Of a stretch of 64,000 nucleotides of DNA, positions 41,468-52,138 are shown one piece after another. The stretch covers positions 18,390 to 82,389 of the forward strand of contig JAYGDX010000110.1 in NCBI GenBank assembly GCA_046582655.1. The letters are read 5' to 3'. Under the pieces are notes generated by a model. That model did no database searches. It saw only the letters and a program-made list of their open reading frames with translations, and was not told where the DNA came from. Source of the DNA: Candidatus Poribacteria bacterium (GTDB lineage: Bacteria > Poribacteria > WGA-4E > UBA9662). Made by a program: the position numbers and the translations under genes. Position 1 is the stretch's first letter. Each line of letters starts with the position of its first letter.

Positions 41468-42030
41468 TCAGATCAGTTGCTTATTCTCAGCTAACACTTG
41501 GTTAATCGGTACGGCATCATCAAGAACACTGTTTCAATAGTCAGACGGTTTTTTGTATGGATCATGATAGTGGACCTATCCCGATTTGATGATTCTCTAA
41601 CTGATAGCTAACTTCTACCACTAAAATTTGATTAAGATCTTCAATTCATTCCGACCAATCTTTAATTGATCAATACCATCTATTGACGATATCTGATTCA
41701 AGTTATGAATTTCGGACTGATTTCCAGTTGGAGGATTGCAGAAATCTGCTTCCATGACTGGTGACTAAAACCAGTTCTGGCCCTTGATCTTATCTCCAAG
41801 CGAGAAGCACTTTTTGTTGTGGATACACGGCTGTAGTTTCGTGTTTCACTCCGATGGTCGAGGATTGTTCTTTCGACCGGTCAAGCTGGCAATTTCGACA
41901 TAACAGAAGTAGGTAACCGCAATGTGCTTAACTAGATCGGTGTAAGTGTAACGAAAATCAACTTGGCAAGTAATGATTCTGGAACTAATATGCTGGTAAT
42001 CAATGCTATCTTGGCGGCCACGAAAAATGT
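41468..42030 (-). pseudogene. Heavily degraded coding remnant of unknown family
   Basis: Protein-like fragments (IDQLKIGRNELKI; SVLDDAVPINQVLAENKQLI*) with no continuous ORF. Confidence 0.3.
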
Positions 42031-42040
42031 TCTAACCCAA

Positions 42041-42085
42041 TAAAAAAACACAAAAATGATGAGAATCAAAAATTCTCGCATTTTC
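42041..42085 (-). terminator. Rho-independent terminator of the PAP2 gene
   Basis: Minus strand AAAATGCGAGAAT-loop-ATTCTCATCATTTT then TGTGTTTTTTT. Confidence 0.6.
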
Positions 42086-42099
42086 ATCGAATTATACTT

Positions 42100-42630
42100 T
42101 TAGGCTATAAAGCGGAGACCTATCATCGCGCTGGCAATGCCCAATAACGTCCCGGCTAGAACATCTGTTGGATAGTGTACGCCAAGATATATACGGGAGA
42201 AACCGACAATTGTTGCCCATGTCAGCATCGGGAACATGATGATAGAATAGAAATTTCCGAGGACGATGGATACCATAAACGCACTAGCAGTATGACCGGA
42301 AGGGAAGCTAAATTGATCGGGAGGCTGAATTAAGAAGCTTATTCCTTCGATCTTTTCAAAAGGACGATCGCGTTTGACCTTTTTTTTGACCAAGAAGTAG
42401 AGACAAAGCTTTACCGTAAACGCACAAGCACCGCAAACAAAAATAATTTTCCATTCAGCAGGACGAAAAACCAGCAGTAATGACATAATTACAATGTACA
42501 AGTGGCCATCACCACTTCTGGAGATCCAGAACAAGGCATTGTTAACCAACCGCCCGCCATTCATGTTGAAGATTCGTATGAATAGATCCAGATCCCACTG
42601 TTGAAGCTGATGGATAACTGACTTTGTCAA
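42100..42630 (-). CDS. PAP2-family membrane phosphatase (undecaprenyl-diphosphatase-like)
   Basis: KxxxKRDRP, SFPSGH, SRIYLGVHYPTDV. Confidence 0.95.
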   Translation of the reverse strand: MTKSVIHQLQQWDLDLFIRIFNMNGGRLVNNALFWISRSGDGHLYIVIMSLLLVFRPAEWKIIFVCGACAFTVKLCLYFLVKKKVKRDRPFEKIEGISFLIQPPDQFSFPSGHTASAFMVSIVLGNFYSIIMFPMLTWATIVGFSRIYLGVHYPTDVLAGTLLGIASAMIGLRFIA

Positions 42631-42797
42631 TTTGAGCCCTAATCCCCATATTTTGGCTGATCTAATAAAATGCTACCTAAATTATATCAAGAATTACTAT
42701 CAGAGACAATCTAAAAAAACAGTCTTAGGTTTCAGAAAATTGTGGATCTAAGTTATAATAAAAAGAAGATAGGAAAAATAGAGATGCCTTTAAGCAG

Positions 42798-44387
42798 ATG
42801 AAAGAATCAGACATAGACGTTCTCGTTGTCGGTGGTGGTGTAGGCGGGTCAGCAGCAGCCTTGGCTGTAACCACACTTAGTAAGCGAGCTATACTAACGG
42901 AGGAGACTGATTGGCTGGGAGGACAACTGACCACGCAGGCAGTTCCGCCGGACGAGCACCGCTGGATCGAGCACTTTGGTTGTACCCGCAGTTACCGTCA
43001 GTTTCGAAACTTGGTTCGCCAGTTTTACAAAGATCATTATCCCCTAACGTCAGTGGCACGATCCGACCCTCAACTTAATCCCGGTAAAGGAAATGTTTCA
43101 CGATTATGCCATGAACCTAAAGTCGCTGTTGCTGTCTTAGATCAAATGATGGCCTACGCGATAGCCAGTGGAAAATTACAGATTAAACGTTATCTGAAAC
43201 CTATATCTGTTGAGACACGCGGCGATTACATTTCAGCCGTGACCTTTCAACATACGCAGACTAACCTAACCCAAACATTTACATCAGATTACGTTTTGGA
43301 TGCCACTGAACTGGGAGATCTCTTACCCATGTCGGAAACAGAATATGTTTCCGGTGCTGAATCTCATCAGGAAACAGGTGAACCGCATGCGCTGAAAGGT
43401 CACGCTGACCCAGAAGATATACAGGCCATCACCTGGTGCATGGCAATCAGCCATGATCAGGATGGAAGCCACACTATCAATCAACCCAATCAATATTCCC
43501 AATGGCGCGATTACGTCCCTCAACTTCATCCTGCCTGGTCTGGCAAAATGTTGAGCTGGTCCTACCCACGACCAACCACCCTCGAGCCCATTCAGCGGGT
43601 ACTCCTGCCGGAAGAATCCGATGATCCGTGGGCCCCACTATGGACCTACCGGCGTCTAATCTGCCAAGACCATTACCCAACCGAAATCATGCCGCATGAG
43701 GTAACTTTGGTTAACTGGCCTCAGAATGACTACCTTGAAGGCAATATTATCGATAAAACGCCGGATCTAGTCGACATGTATCGGCATCAGGCACGGCAAC
43801 TCTCGTTGAGTCTTCTCTACTGGATGCAGGTTGAAGCGCCACGACCAGATGGAGGCGTGGGTTACCCAGGGTTGTATCTACGCCCTGATATCACTGGCAC
43901 TGATGATGGGCTAGCCAAAATGCCCTATATCCGCGAGTCTCGGCGAATTCGGGCCGAATTTACTGTAACGGAAAACCATGTTGGCACCGATGCCCGAAAT
44001 GGTGCCTGCGCCGAGAAGTTTGACGATTCGGTTGGTATCGGATGTTACCGCATTGATCTACATCCCAGCACAAGCGGTCGAAATTATATTGATATCAGTT
44101 CCTTACCGTTTCAAATCCCCTTGGGCGCGATGATACCCATTCGGTTGGAAAATCTGATCCCAGCAAATAAAAATATCGGAACAACACACATTACAAATGG
44201 ATGCTACCGACTCCATCCGGTTGAATGGAACATCGGTGAATCTGCCGGCATGTTGGCTGCGTTTTGCCTTGCCCACCAGTTGAAACCACGTCAGGTTCGC
44301 AACCAGCACAAATATTTGCGGTCATTTCAAAACCTGTTACGGTCTCACGGTGTTGAACTGGAGTGGCCACAGACCTCTTCGGTTTAA
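42798..44387 (+). CDS. FAD-dependent oxidoreductase (FAD_oxidored family)
   Basis: DVLVVGGGVGG, WLGGQLT, PYIRESRR, FQIPLGA, RLHPVEWNIGE. Confidence 0.92.
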   Translation: MKESDIDVLVVGGGVGGSAAALAVTTLSKRAILTEETDWLGGQLTTQAVPPDEHRWIEHFGCTRSYRQFRNLVRQFYKDHYPLTSVARSDPQLNPGKGNVSRLCHEPKVAVAVLDQMMAYAIASGKLQIKRYLKPISVETRGDYISAVTFQHTQTNLTQTFTSDYVLDATELGDLLPMSETEYVSGAESHQETGEPHALKGHADPEDIQAITWCMAISHDQDGSHTINQPNQYSQWRDYVPQLHPAWSGKMLSWSYPRPTTLEPIQRVLLPEESDDPWAPLWTYRRLICQDHYPTEIMPHEVTLVNWPQNDYLEGNIIDKTPDLVDMYRHQARQLSLSLLYWMQVEAPRPDGGVGYPGLYLRPDITGTDDGLAKMPYIRESRRIRAEFTVTENHVGTDARNGACAEKFDDSVGIGCYRIDLHPSTSGRNYIDISSLPFQIPLGAMIPIRLENLIPANKNIGTTHITNGCYRLHPVEWNIGESAGMLAAFCLAHQLKPRQVRNQHKYLRSFQNLLRSHGVELEWPQTSSV

Positions 44388-44410
44388 AGCTGTTATCGTC
44401 TCTTTCTTAT

Positions 44411-45325
44411 ATGACCAAGCAAACCCACCTTCAAATTCCTAAACACGTGATACTCCTGATCTTGTTTTTGGCTGCTTTATGGGGTGGTAACACGCCTGCC
44501 GTAAAATTTGGCCTGCAAGAATTTCAACCCATTGCTGCTGCCGCTATACGTTTCGCTCTGGGAATTGTGGTTATCATCAGTTGGGCTGTTATCAAAAGGA
44601 TCCCATTAAGACCTAAGCAGGAAAACTATGGTCGTTTATTGCTACTAGGTACGGTTTTTGTAGCGCAGATCATCTCGTTTAACTGGGGAACCAAACTAAC
44701 AGAGGTTGGACGAGCATCATTACTGCTCAATACCTATCCACTCTTTATCGCCCTTTTAGCTCATTTTTTTATTCAGCACGATCGGCTGACTGTCGTTAAG
44801 ACTATTGGTCTACTGGTGGCATTTGCAGGTGTCTGTTTTATATTTTATGGTAAGCCAGGCACCAATTTAAGTACAGCGTATTTAGGTGATCTGATAATTC
44901 TTTTTAGCGGCTTTTTGCTAGCCATGATCCACATACTCCTGAAGCGCTTCATGTCACGAATGCACCAGTTTCAACTGCTTTTCGGGCAAATGGTGGTTGG
45001 TATCCCCGCCTATTTTGTTTTGAGTTGGTTTTTTGAGGGAGGAACAGCAGCTTATGGATTTTCCTATAGCTCGCTACTCGGGTTGGTATACCAAGGGATA
45101 GTGGTGGCTGGGTTCTGTTTTATCGTTTGGGTTTCTGTGCTGAAGCGTTACCCGCCGAGCCGCCTGTCATCACTCTTTTTTACCACGCCGCTCTGGAGTG
45201 TCCTTTTCGGATATTTCTTTTTCCATGAACCCATAACAATTTTGCTACTGGTGGGCGCAACTTTTGTTGCTGCTGGCGTTTATCTGGTCAATAGACCAGT
45301 TATGGAAGAACAAAACCCGAATTGA
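44411..45325 (+). CDS. DMT/EamA family transporter
   Basis: LWGGN...K, two EamA repeats, about 10 TM. Confidence 0.92.
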   Translation: MTKQTHLQIPKHVILLILFLAALWGGNTPAVKFGLQEFQPIAAAAIRFALGIVVIISWAVIKRIPLRPKQENYGRLLLLGTVFVAQIISFNWGTKLTEVGRASLLLNTYPLFIALLAHFFIQHDRLTVVKTIGLLVAFAGVCFIFYGKPGTNLSTAYLGDLIILFSGFLLAMIHILLKRFMSRMHQFQLLFGQMVVGIPAYFVLSWFFEGGTAAYGFSYSSLLGLVYQGIVVAGFCFIVWVSVLKRYPPSRLSSLFFTTPLWSVLFGYFFFHEPITILLLVGATFVAAGVYLVNRPVMEEQNPN

Positions 45326-45330
45326 GATTG

Positions 45331-45369
45331 TATAAGTCGATTTTCTCAAACTGAGAAAATCGACTTATA
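45331..45369. terminator. Probable bidirectional terminator between convergent genes
   Basis: Perfect 18-bp inverted repeat TATAAGTCGATTTTCTCA-AAC-TGAGAAAATCGACTTATA. Confidence 0.8.
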
Positions 45370-45384
45370 ATCTTGATAGTAGCT

Positions 45385-45759
45385 TTAAGAAGATCCGACT
45401 AGTTCAATTTGTACGTTGTCTGGGCCTTTGAAGAAAGCAAGCGGCAGTCCATTCGGCCTGGTATTTTCAAGTTCCGCCCCTTTTGTTTGTAAATCTTCTA
45501 CGGCGGCATCAAGATCTTCAACCACAAATGCAAGCTGGTAGACACCCCAGCGCGGGCGCTCGCTGTTAGGTTCAACGTCCATATCACCAAATTTGGGTGA
45601 TAGAAAGATGTTCTCTTCGCCAACTTTCATACGAACGATTGGTAGACCTCGAACTTCGGCTCGTTCTGTCACCGTCCCATCAAACATCTTTTGGTAGTAA
45701 GCTACAGCCGCTTCAACATCCTCACAACGAAGATGTATATGATGAAATGTGTATTCCAT
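45385..45759 (-). CDS. VOC/glyoxalase family protein
   Basis: FHHIHL, AFVVEDLD, FFKGPDNVQIEL. Confidence 0.92.
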   Translation of the reverse strand: MEYTFHHIHLRCEDVEAAVAYYQKMFDGTVTERAEVRGLPIVRMKVGEENIFLSPKFGDMDVEPNSERPRWGVYQLAFVVEDLDAAVEDLQTKGAELENTRPNGLPLAFFKGPDNVQIELVGSS

Positions 45760-45881
45760 ATATGTTCTCCTGTTTTCAACACCTTTAAGATGCTACTAAT
45801 TTCTGGTAAACTCCTTCATAATAAAATTTTAACTTAAATTCAAGATTATAGTAAAAAAACTTTAGGTCCTTTACCTAATAT

Positions 45882-46421
45882 TTAAAAGGGAACTGTCAGC
45901 AGTTTAACTCGAATTGGTGGAGCCAAGTTTGTTGTTATCTCTTCTGTCTTTGACTGACGCCTTAAGTTGAAACCAATAACTGCACCGGTCACAGATCCAG
46001 CATGAATTAACCAAGAATCACTCAGTTTGGTCAATTTTGTCGGCTCCAGAACTGACGTCGCCAACCATGTAGCTATTGAGGAACAAGCCAAAGCAGCTAA
46101 AAATGAGCCGGTTTGCTGATCCGTATTTCCAACCAGATAAACGGTTGTTGACGTAGTCAGTGCAGAAAAAGCTGTCAACGTCAGGCGATACATATTAGCA
46201 CGATGCCAGAGAGAATGAGGATAGTATACGGAAGCGAAATTGGGAAACAGCGCGCCAACTGTCCATCCAGAAATGCTACCTAAAACACCAACTCCAATTT
46301 CGCTGATAATTCGACTGTTACTCAAGGTTAACTCCTCAGCATAAGACGTTTCATACCAGGATATATAAACTAGCATCAGTACGCCAAAGACCACGTTTTT
46401 TATGTTGTTCCTTGAAGACAA
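45882..46421 (-). CDS. Hypothetical exported glycine-rich membrane protein
   Basis: Signal peptide, Gly/Ala-rich helices, C-terminal Phe. Confidence 0.65.
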   Translation of the reverse strand: MSSRNNIKNVVFGVLMLVYISWYETSYAEELTLSNSRIISEIGVGVLGSISGWTVGALFPNFASVYYPHSLWHRANMYRLTLTAFSALTTSTTVYLVGNTDQQTGSFLAALACSSIATWLATSVLEPTKLTKLSDSWLIHAGSVTGAVIGFNLRRQSKTEEITTNLAPPIRVKLLTVPF

Positions 46422-46478
46422 ACTTCCCCCGAATAAGACAATTTTTCTCCTCCATTTAAGCGGCAGTATGTTACTCAG

Positions 46479-47327
46479 TTACACTTCATCAGACTCACTC
46501 GAATTATTCAAAGACACCTGTACAGTTGCACTCTCATCCTGTTCGGATTCGAAAGCCGATAGAAACACCCGTGTCGTGTCGTTGAGATTGCCGTAAAATT
46601 CTCGTATTTCCTGATCCGGATGATGGTACCAGAACTTAGATGGTATGACAGAACAGTTACTCAGAAACGGACGAGAACGGTGACCATAATATGCCTGCAC
46701 AGTTTTACGTTCGTGTTTTGTAACCCGGACGGTTGCCGTATGGAGAACAGCAATATTAAACAATACCACTGTGCCAACCATCCCGTGGCAATCCACGGTA
46801 CCGTTTCGATCTAGTTGACCTAACGTGCCAAGGATAGGTTCGCTAACTGATTCGGGAGAAAGCGAAAAGCAGTGCGTTTCCTGATTAACATCCGTTAGGT
46901 AAACCATCAGTTGCATATAGTCCATGCGGAGGGGATGCTCTTCCCAATGTGGCCGATCCCGATGAAAACTTTGGTTCGGTGTACCATTATATGGTGTCAT
47001 ATGACGGAGACAGAGTTCGGAAAAGCAGGTCGGCCCTCCCATCAGAAATTCAACTAAAGGCAGAATTTTAGCATGACGCAGAAGTTGATCGAACTCTGGT
47101 GAAGTAACAAGTGCATGACAGTTTCTAGTTTGGTATGTACCGAAAGGATGCCAGAAGTTAGGACTACCCCATTTCTGTCGATCTCGATCAAAAAGGTCAA
47201 CATAATACTCTACTTCGTCAGGCGTTAGCACATTCTCAAGAATTACGAACCCATTATTCTGAAAATGGGTTAGAATTCCCTGAGTATTAGCAGCTTCGTC
47301 AATGAACGAAAAAGTGGTGACAGACAT
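46479..47327 (-). CDS. PhyH-family Fe(II)/2OG dioxygenase (same subfamily as 9098..10000)
   Basis: FHRD, QLMVYLTDV, HCFSLSPES, LHTATVR, ERKT, YYGHR. Confidence 0.92.
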   Translation of the reverse strand: MSVTTFSFIDEAANTQGILTHFQNNGFVILENVLTPDEVEYYVDLFDRDRQKWGSPNFWHPFGTYQTRNCHALVTSPEFDQLLRHAKILPLVEFLMGGPTCFSELCLRHMTPYNGTPNQSFHRDRPHWEEHPLRMDYMQLMVYLTDVNQETHCFSLSPESVSEPILGTLGQLDRNGTVDCHGMVGTVVLFNIAVLHTATVRVTKHERKTVQAYYGHRSRPFLSNCSVIPSKFWYHHPDQEIREFYGNLNDTTRVFLSAFESEQDESATVQVSLNNSSESDEV

Positions 47328-47404
47328 CTATGTTGCCTTGTTGGAGTTTTCTTAACATTCTATGAACCCACATAGTTCATCAATCAGTATTGGTCAGCAC
47401 CTAA

Positions 47405-48160
47405 TTATGTAATCTGGACGATCATGGAGGTATCATACGACAATTCCGGAGCCACAAGTCGTGTTTTTCGATTGGCATAGTGAAACGCCGCCGCACGACG
47501 CCATGTGTTGCTTCGGTTAGCTGAAGATTTGTGGAATATGTTTCCGTGATGAAAAGAAACACCTCCACTCGGTACCGGAGCAGGTGTCATCGGATATTCT
47601 GATGCAATATCCAGTGGAACCTGTAAATTGAACGGTTCACCTTCCGGTGCGATGTGGGGATAGACTGGTTCTTTATGCGTTTTCTCACTAAAGAAAAGAC
47701 AACCGTTATCTATGGTTGACTCATCCAGTGCAATCCATGCCGTTACCATACCATCGGGATCATCTGGTCCGAAATAGAAATTATCTTGATGAATGCATTT
47801 AGGCGCGCTCCCCAGAGGAGGTTTACAGAAGATTTGACTAAAATAGATACAGACCCCTTGGCCAATTAATTGTTCAACATAATTTACCAGAGTTTGATTG
47901 CTGGCCATTTTTCGAAATATTTTTCGTTCATAAACAGGATTATCAAGTTTCCTGAGGAACTGACCAGTCAAGTCCTTTTCGAGAAAATAGTTCTTATTAT
48001 CTTCATCGAGTTGTGCTAGAAACTGCCGGCTCCATTTTTCGATATCCTGTATCGCACCATCTATCATTTGGGCGTCAAAGACACCACCCACAGTCAAGTG
48101 TCCTTTTTGCCAATATTCAGTGGTTTGTTGCTCAGAAAGTTCAGGTAAATTACCGTTCAT
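47405..48160 (-). CDS. PhyH-family Fe(II)/2OG dioxygenase
   Basis: HQDN, WIALDE...NGCL, FHHG..FHKS, WRRA. Confidence 0.93.
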   Translation of the reverse strand: MNGNLPELSEQQTTEYWQKGHLTVGGVFDAQMIDGAIQDIEKWSRQFLAQLDEDNKNYFLEKDLTGQFLRKLDNPVYERKIFRKMASNQTLVNYVEQLIGQGVCIYFSQIFCKPPLGSAPKCIHQDNFYFGPDDPDGMVTAWIALDESTIDNGCLFFSEKTHKEPVYPHIAPEGEPFNLQVPLDIASEYPMTPAPVPSGGVSFHHGNIFHKSSANRSNTWRRAAAFHYANRKTRLVAPELSYDTSMIVQIT

Positions 48161-48243
48161 CGTATAACATTTTTTTTAATTCTGTTGTGGCTCTATTAAG
48201 AAATGCATACTATGGTATTTGGCTATAGGTACAAATTAAATTC

Positions 48244-49146
48244 CTAAGAGGTTGTCTTTTTGACTTCTACACCGACTATATCCTCTAGAACCTTAATTAT
48301 AGTCCAATTGTCCTCATCAGGGTTGACTATTCTTCCAACCTGAAACAGTTCGTGAGCAACACTGGTGGTAAACAGGGGAACGCCACAATCCTTTGCCATA
48401 TTTCTAGCAATTCCCAGATCTTTATCCATCGTGCTAATGTGACTCTGTCCTGTGAAATTCCGGTCCATTATATTTTTTGTTGTGTCCCGAAAAAGAAAGC
48501 TGCCGACCACACTAGTACTGATAACTTGATGTAAGATTTCCGGTTTCACCCCAGCTTTTACACCCAAAACAAGCGCTTCAAAGATACCTGCATATGTAAC
48601 TCCTGTCAGCACCGACAAGGTGGCTTTGACAGTTTGTCCCATCCCTATCTCTTCACCCACGTGATAAATATTCTGACCCACAGCCTCCAGCACGTGCATA
48701 CACCGGTCAAGAACATCTTTGCTGGCAGCTGCCATTAGGGTTAACGTACCAGCTGCAGCACCTGGCGCACCACCACTCACCGGAGAATCTATAAAGTGAA
48801 TACCTTGATCTCCAGCAGCATTACCTATTTCAATTATTTCAGAACGCATGATGGTAGCCGTACAAATTATGGTAGTGCCAGGCTTCATCCCTGCTAGTAA
48901 TCCATGATTGCCCAAAACAACCTCTTTGGCTTGCTGGCCATTGAGCACCATGATAAATACAACATCTGACGTTTCTCCCACTTCACAGGGGGATTTCGCA
49001 ACCTGCGCGCTCAAGTCTGCCAGTTCCATCAAGGCTTCTTCTTTGATATCATAGACTGTCAACTGGTATCCTGCATTCAGGATGTTTTTTGACATCCTCA
49101 GCCCCATGTTGCCAATTCCGATAAAACCGACTCTGTCCATTGACAA
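48244..49146 (-). CDS. NAD-dependent beta-hydroxyacid dehydrogenase (3-hydroxyisobutyrate/L-threonate dehydrogenase family)
   Basis: GFIGIGNMG, DSPVSGG, GTLTLM, G.GQTVK, KDL. Confidence 0.93.
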   Translation of the reverse strand: MSMDRVGFIGIGNMGLRMSKNILNAGYQLTVYDIKEEALMELADLSAQVAKSPCEVGETSDVVFIMVLNGQQAKEVVLGNHGLLAGMKPGTTIICTATIMRSEIIEIGNAAGDQGIHFIDSPVSGGAPGAAAGTLTLMAAASKDVLDRCMHVLEAVGQNIYHVGEEIGMGQTVKATLSVLTGVTYAGIFEALVLGVKAGVKPEILHQVISTSVVGSFLFRDTTKNIMDRNFTGQSHISTMDKDLGIARNMAKDCGVPLFTTSVAHELFQVGRIVNPDEDNWTIIKVLEDIVGVEVKKTTS

Positions 49147-49202
49147 ACTCCCTATAGTTTTTAGATCTAAGTTTAGTTTTGACTTAAGAATCTATAATTT
49201 TA

Positions 49203-50603
49203 TCAATATGCACTCTCTTTTGATGTTAATGGACACCATCGAGACTTAAGCAAAGATTGAATCAGCACTTCTCTGGCTTCTGGTGTGCCGATTCGTCGTA
49301 ATGCATGAACCGCATCACCACGGACATATCGATTGTTGTCGCCAAGAACCGTTTGAAGGACACTGACTGCCTGATAGGCGTATGGTCCCAAACGAGCTAG
49401 GGCTAATACGCCATTGCGACGAACTCTCTCGTTTTCATCCTGCAATGACAATGCTAAATCCGGAACAGCCGTCGAGTCTTTTTGACTGGTTGTTCCCAGT
49501 GCTTCCGCGGCTAATTGTCGAACTCGCTCGGATTTGTCTTGCAAAGCTTGGATCAACGACGGAACAGCTGCCCGCGCGGAGGTGCCGATATTACCGAGAG
49601 TTTCTGCCGCACCTGCTCTGACCCACCAATCTTGGTGTTGGGTTGCTGTTATCAACGCGTTAACTGCAGGTTCTCCAACCGCACTTAGAGCGCAAAAGGC
49701 GTATCGGCGGATATCTTCAGATTCATCTTCCAACTGTTTTACCAAAGCAGGAACAGCTTTTGCCCCAAATTTACTTATCGTATAAGCTGTGTCGATGCAT
49801 TTAGGCTCCGAATCCTGCCTTAATCCTTCTATCAACTCCAAAATTGTGGTGGAGTCCAGCATTGTCGTGGAAGAAGGATAATGATCGTTACCGTTTGTCT
49901 GCCCACAGTGCCATTTCCAGACCTGCTGAAACATTTTTACATCGTTGTCGACAATTGCCGACGGTATACCGCCGGACGTCCATTCCGTATCCTGACTGTT
50001 CCATGAAGGGACTTCCGGTTCGGACATTCGGGAGAAAAGGAACTTCATCATGTAACGCTTTTTAGAACTATGGTTGGGCATAGCCCTATGCCACAAATCG
50101 TAGTTGGTAATTGTGACGGTGCCTGCCACACCACAGAGTGGGACCTCATTATCATCATCAATACTGTCCCTGTTACCGTAGTAATGACTTTTCGGAATAA
50201 TACCTGTTGGTCCTAATTCTTCGGGTGTTTCTTGTGGATAGTATAATGCCAGAAGCCACCGTGTATAATGCGACCACCGTTTGCCACCATCTTGATGCAA
50301 GTTCTGACCGTTACTGTTCGGTGGATTATAATGACAATGACGATGTGGCTGCAGATAATAGTCTTGGCCCAGAACACTGGTTAACGCACCACTGACCCTC
50401 CTATCATCAAACACTTCCTGAATCATAGGAATCCTCGGCAACAGATTATTACCAGGATTTCCTTCCTTTTCAAACACATTTTCTGTCTGCTGAAAAACCA
50501 ACTCATGAAATTCTGCTGGCAGGTCGGTCTGAACAGTAACATATCCGTCCCGAATGAAATTTTTCATCTGTTGATCACTAAGAAGATATTCTTTTTGATC
50601 CAT
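49203..50603 (-). CDS. PhyH-family dioxygenase fused to C-terminal HEAT repeats
   Basis: LHQD, YYPQETPEELGPT, LWHRA; repeated AVPxL..L.D....VR..AA..LG units. Confidence 0.92.
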   Translation of the reverse strand: MDQKEYLLSDQQMKNFIRDGYVTVQTDLPAEFHELVFQQTENVFEKEGNPGNNLLPRIPMIQEVFDDRRVSGALTSVLGQDYYLQPHRHCHYNPPNSNGQNLHQDGGKRWSHYTRWLLALYYPQETPEELGPTGIIPKSHYYGNRDSIDDDNEVPLCGVAGTVTITNYDLWHRAMPNHSSKKRYMMKFLFSRMSEPEVPSWNSQDTEWTSGGIPSAIVDNDVKMFQQVWKWHCGQTNGNDHYPSSTTMLDSTTILELIEGLRQDSEPKCIDTAYTISKFGAKAVPALVKQLEDESEDIRRYAFCALSAVGEPAVNALITATQHQDWWVRAGAAETLGNIGTSARAAVPSLIQALQDKSERVRQLAAEALGTTSQKDSTAVPDLALSLQDENERVRRNGVLALARLGPYAYQAVSVLQTVLGDNNRYVRGDAVHALRRIGTPEAREVLIQSLLKSRWCPLTSKESAY

Positions 50604-50677
50604 ACGTTACTCCTTGAAATTGATCTGACTTTATTTCTGTTTGTTTTACCAATATCCGTGTCCGACTGCGATCTGCG

Positions 50678-51538
50678 CTACCAAGATCCCGCACCTAACA
50701 ATTTTTTTCCCAATGATGTCAATTCGGCGGTCTTTCCGTGTTTATGTTCCCATTCCCGGGGATCTCCAGGCCAGCCTGATATCGGTCGCCGTTCCTGCCA
50801 AGCCTGAATTCGTTGATGACGTGAATCTTGGTTGTCTTCCTTGGCTGGAGACATGGTGATATACTGTGCCAAACGGGGTTTTTGCGACCTATTGTATCCA
50901 TTTCCATGTGCTAGTAACCTATGCCAGATCAACAAATCCCCCGCCTTGCCAGCAATCGGTTTCACTTCCAAACCTGTCAGATCAGGACTATGAGAATTCC
51001 TATCAGCAGGTTGTGTTTTTACCCAGTTGTAAAATTGTTTATGGAAACCCGGTATACACTGGAAACCACCTTGATTTTCTGCTGTGTCAGTTAAGTACAG
51101 GACACCCTGCACACCAAATGCAATTGGTGTTTCTGACGTGTCTACGTCCCAGTGGATCATACCCCGATTATCCCATTCCGGTTTATCAGGCCGAGTGGGT
51201 GGTTTCATGTTCGCCCTATCCAATGAAACCCAAAGTCTATCTGTTCCCCATATTTCTGAAAATGCTTGATGCACTTTTGGATATTGGCGGTTGTCCCATA
51301 GTGCTTGATGCTGGTAAATTTCCACCATGCCGGCTTGAGAAATCGGGGAATCATGCCTACCTCTTGCTCTGGGTAGGTACTTATACCAATCCTCAGAATT
51401 ATGTGGATCTACACCCAAGAACTCCCAGATTGCATTAACGGCAACTTCCAAATTCTCATCTGGAACCGCGTTGTGTACTATCACATACCCGTTTTCTTCC
51501 CAGAAGGCCAGATCCTTCCGGCTTAGAACCACTGGCAT
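50678..51538 (-). CDS. PhyH-family Fe(II)/2OG dioxygenase
   Basis: ATG 51538 with a GGAGG RBS; IHWD, QGVLYL, GGFQCIPGFH, AHGN, PRLAQY. Confidence 0.93.
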   Translation of the reverse strand: MPVVLSRKDLAFWEENGYVIVHNAVPDENLEVAVNAIWEFLGVDPHNSEDWYKYLPRARGRHDSPISQAGMVEIYQHQALWDNRQYPKVHQAFSEIWGTDRLWVSLDRANMKPPTRPDKPEWDNRGMIHWDVDTSETPIAFGVQGVLYLTDTAENQGGFQCIPGFHKQFYNWVKTQPADRNSHSPDLTGLEVKPIAGKAGDLLIWHRLLAHGNGYNRSQKPRLAQYITMSPAKEDNQDSRHQRIQAWQERRPISGWPGDPREWEHKHGKTAELTSLGKKLLGAGSW

Positions 51539-52138
51539 AACACGCCCCTCCTTTTTAACCCATAATAAGGTCAGTTTGCCAAACTGCGTTGATGATGCAA
51601 TCGACACAAAACAGACTAAAGTCAACAACAATCTAATAATATCATAGATGAAACCAATGGTCTACTTCCACAATACAGATAATACTGTCGTATGAAGCAT
51701 TGGCAATATAATCTACCTGATCTACAGGTCCATCATACATGTAGATGTTTGAAACCCGTACTTCGTAATGGAGAAATCATTGCAAATTCATAGTTCAGAT
51801 AAAGTATAGTGTTTCAATTAGAAACAGTGAACCACAACCGGTTCTGCATCCAGCCCAGCTAGCTTCGCTCGCTGTTAGTCAGGTCAATTAGAAATCGAGT
51901 GAGATGATAACATTTTTGATGCTATCGACACCTGCAGGTTAGTGATGTCAATCCCTTTGTCCCTGTAAGGAATATCTTAACCCCACTATTTCAACCTACC
52001 GTCAATGCGTAAGTCCCAGCTTATCTAGTTTAACGAAAAGAAAGTTTTTTCCATTGACCTTACTCACTCGAGGTGACAAAATTATAGAATATCTATTGTC
52101 TTAATATTATATTGATCTTAAATTTAAGGGGAAAAATC

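Noticed and set aside
41455..41530. Fluoride-riboswitch-like CTGATGAC on the minus strand ahead of a terminator
   Set aside because: The 5' GGxGATGG..CC stem and pseudoknot are missing, and the sequence reads better as the end of a decayed ORF.
51990..52020. TGCGTAAGTCC, resembling a MITE/IS terminal repeat
   Set aside because: No partner inverted end, target duplication or transposase was found in the window.
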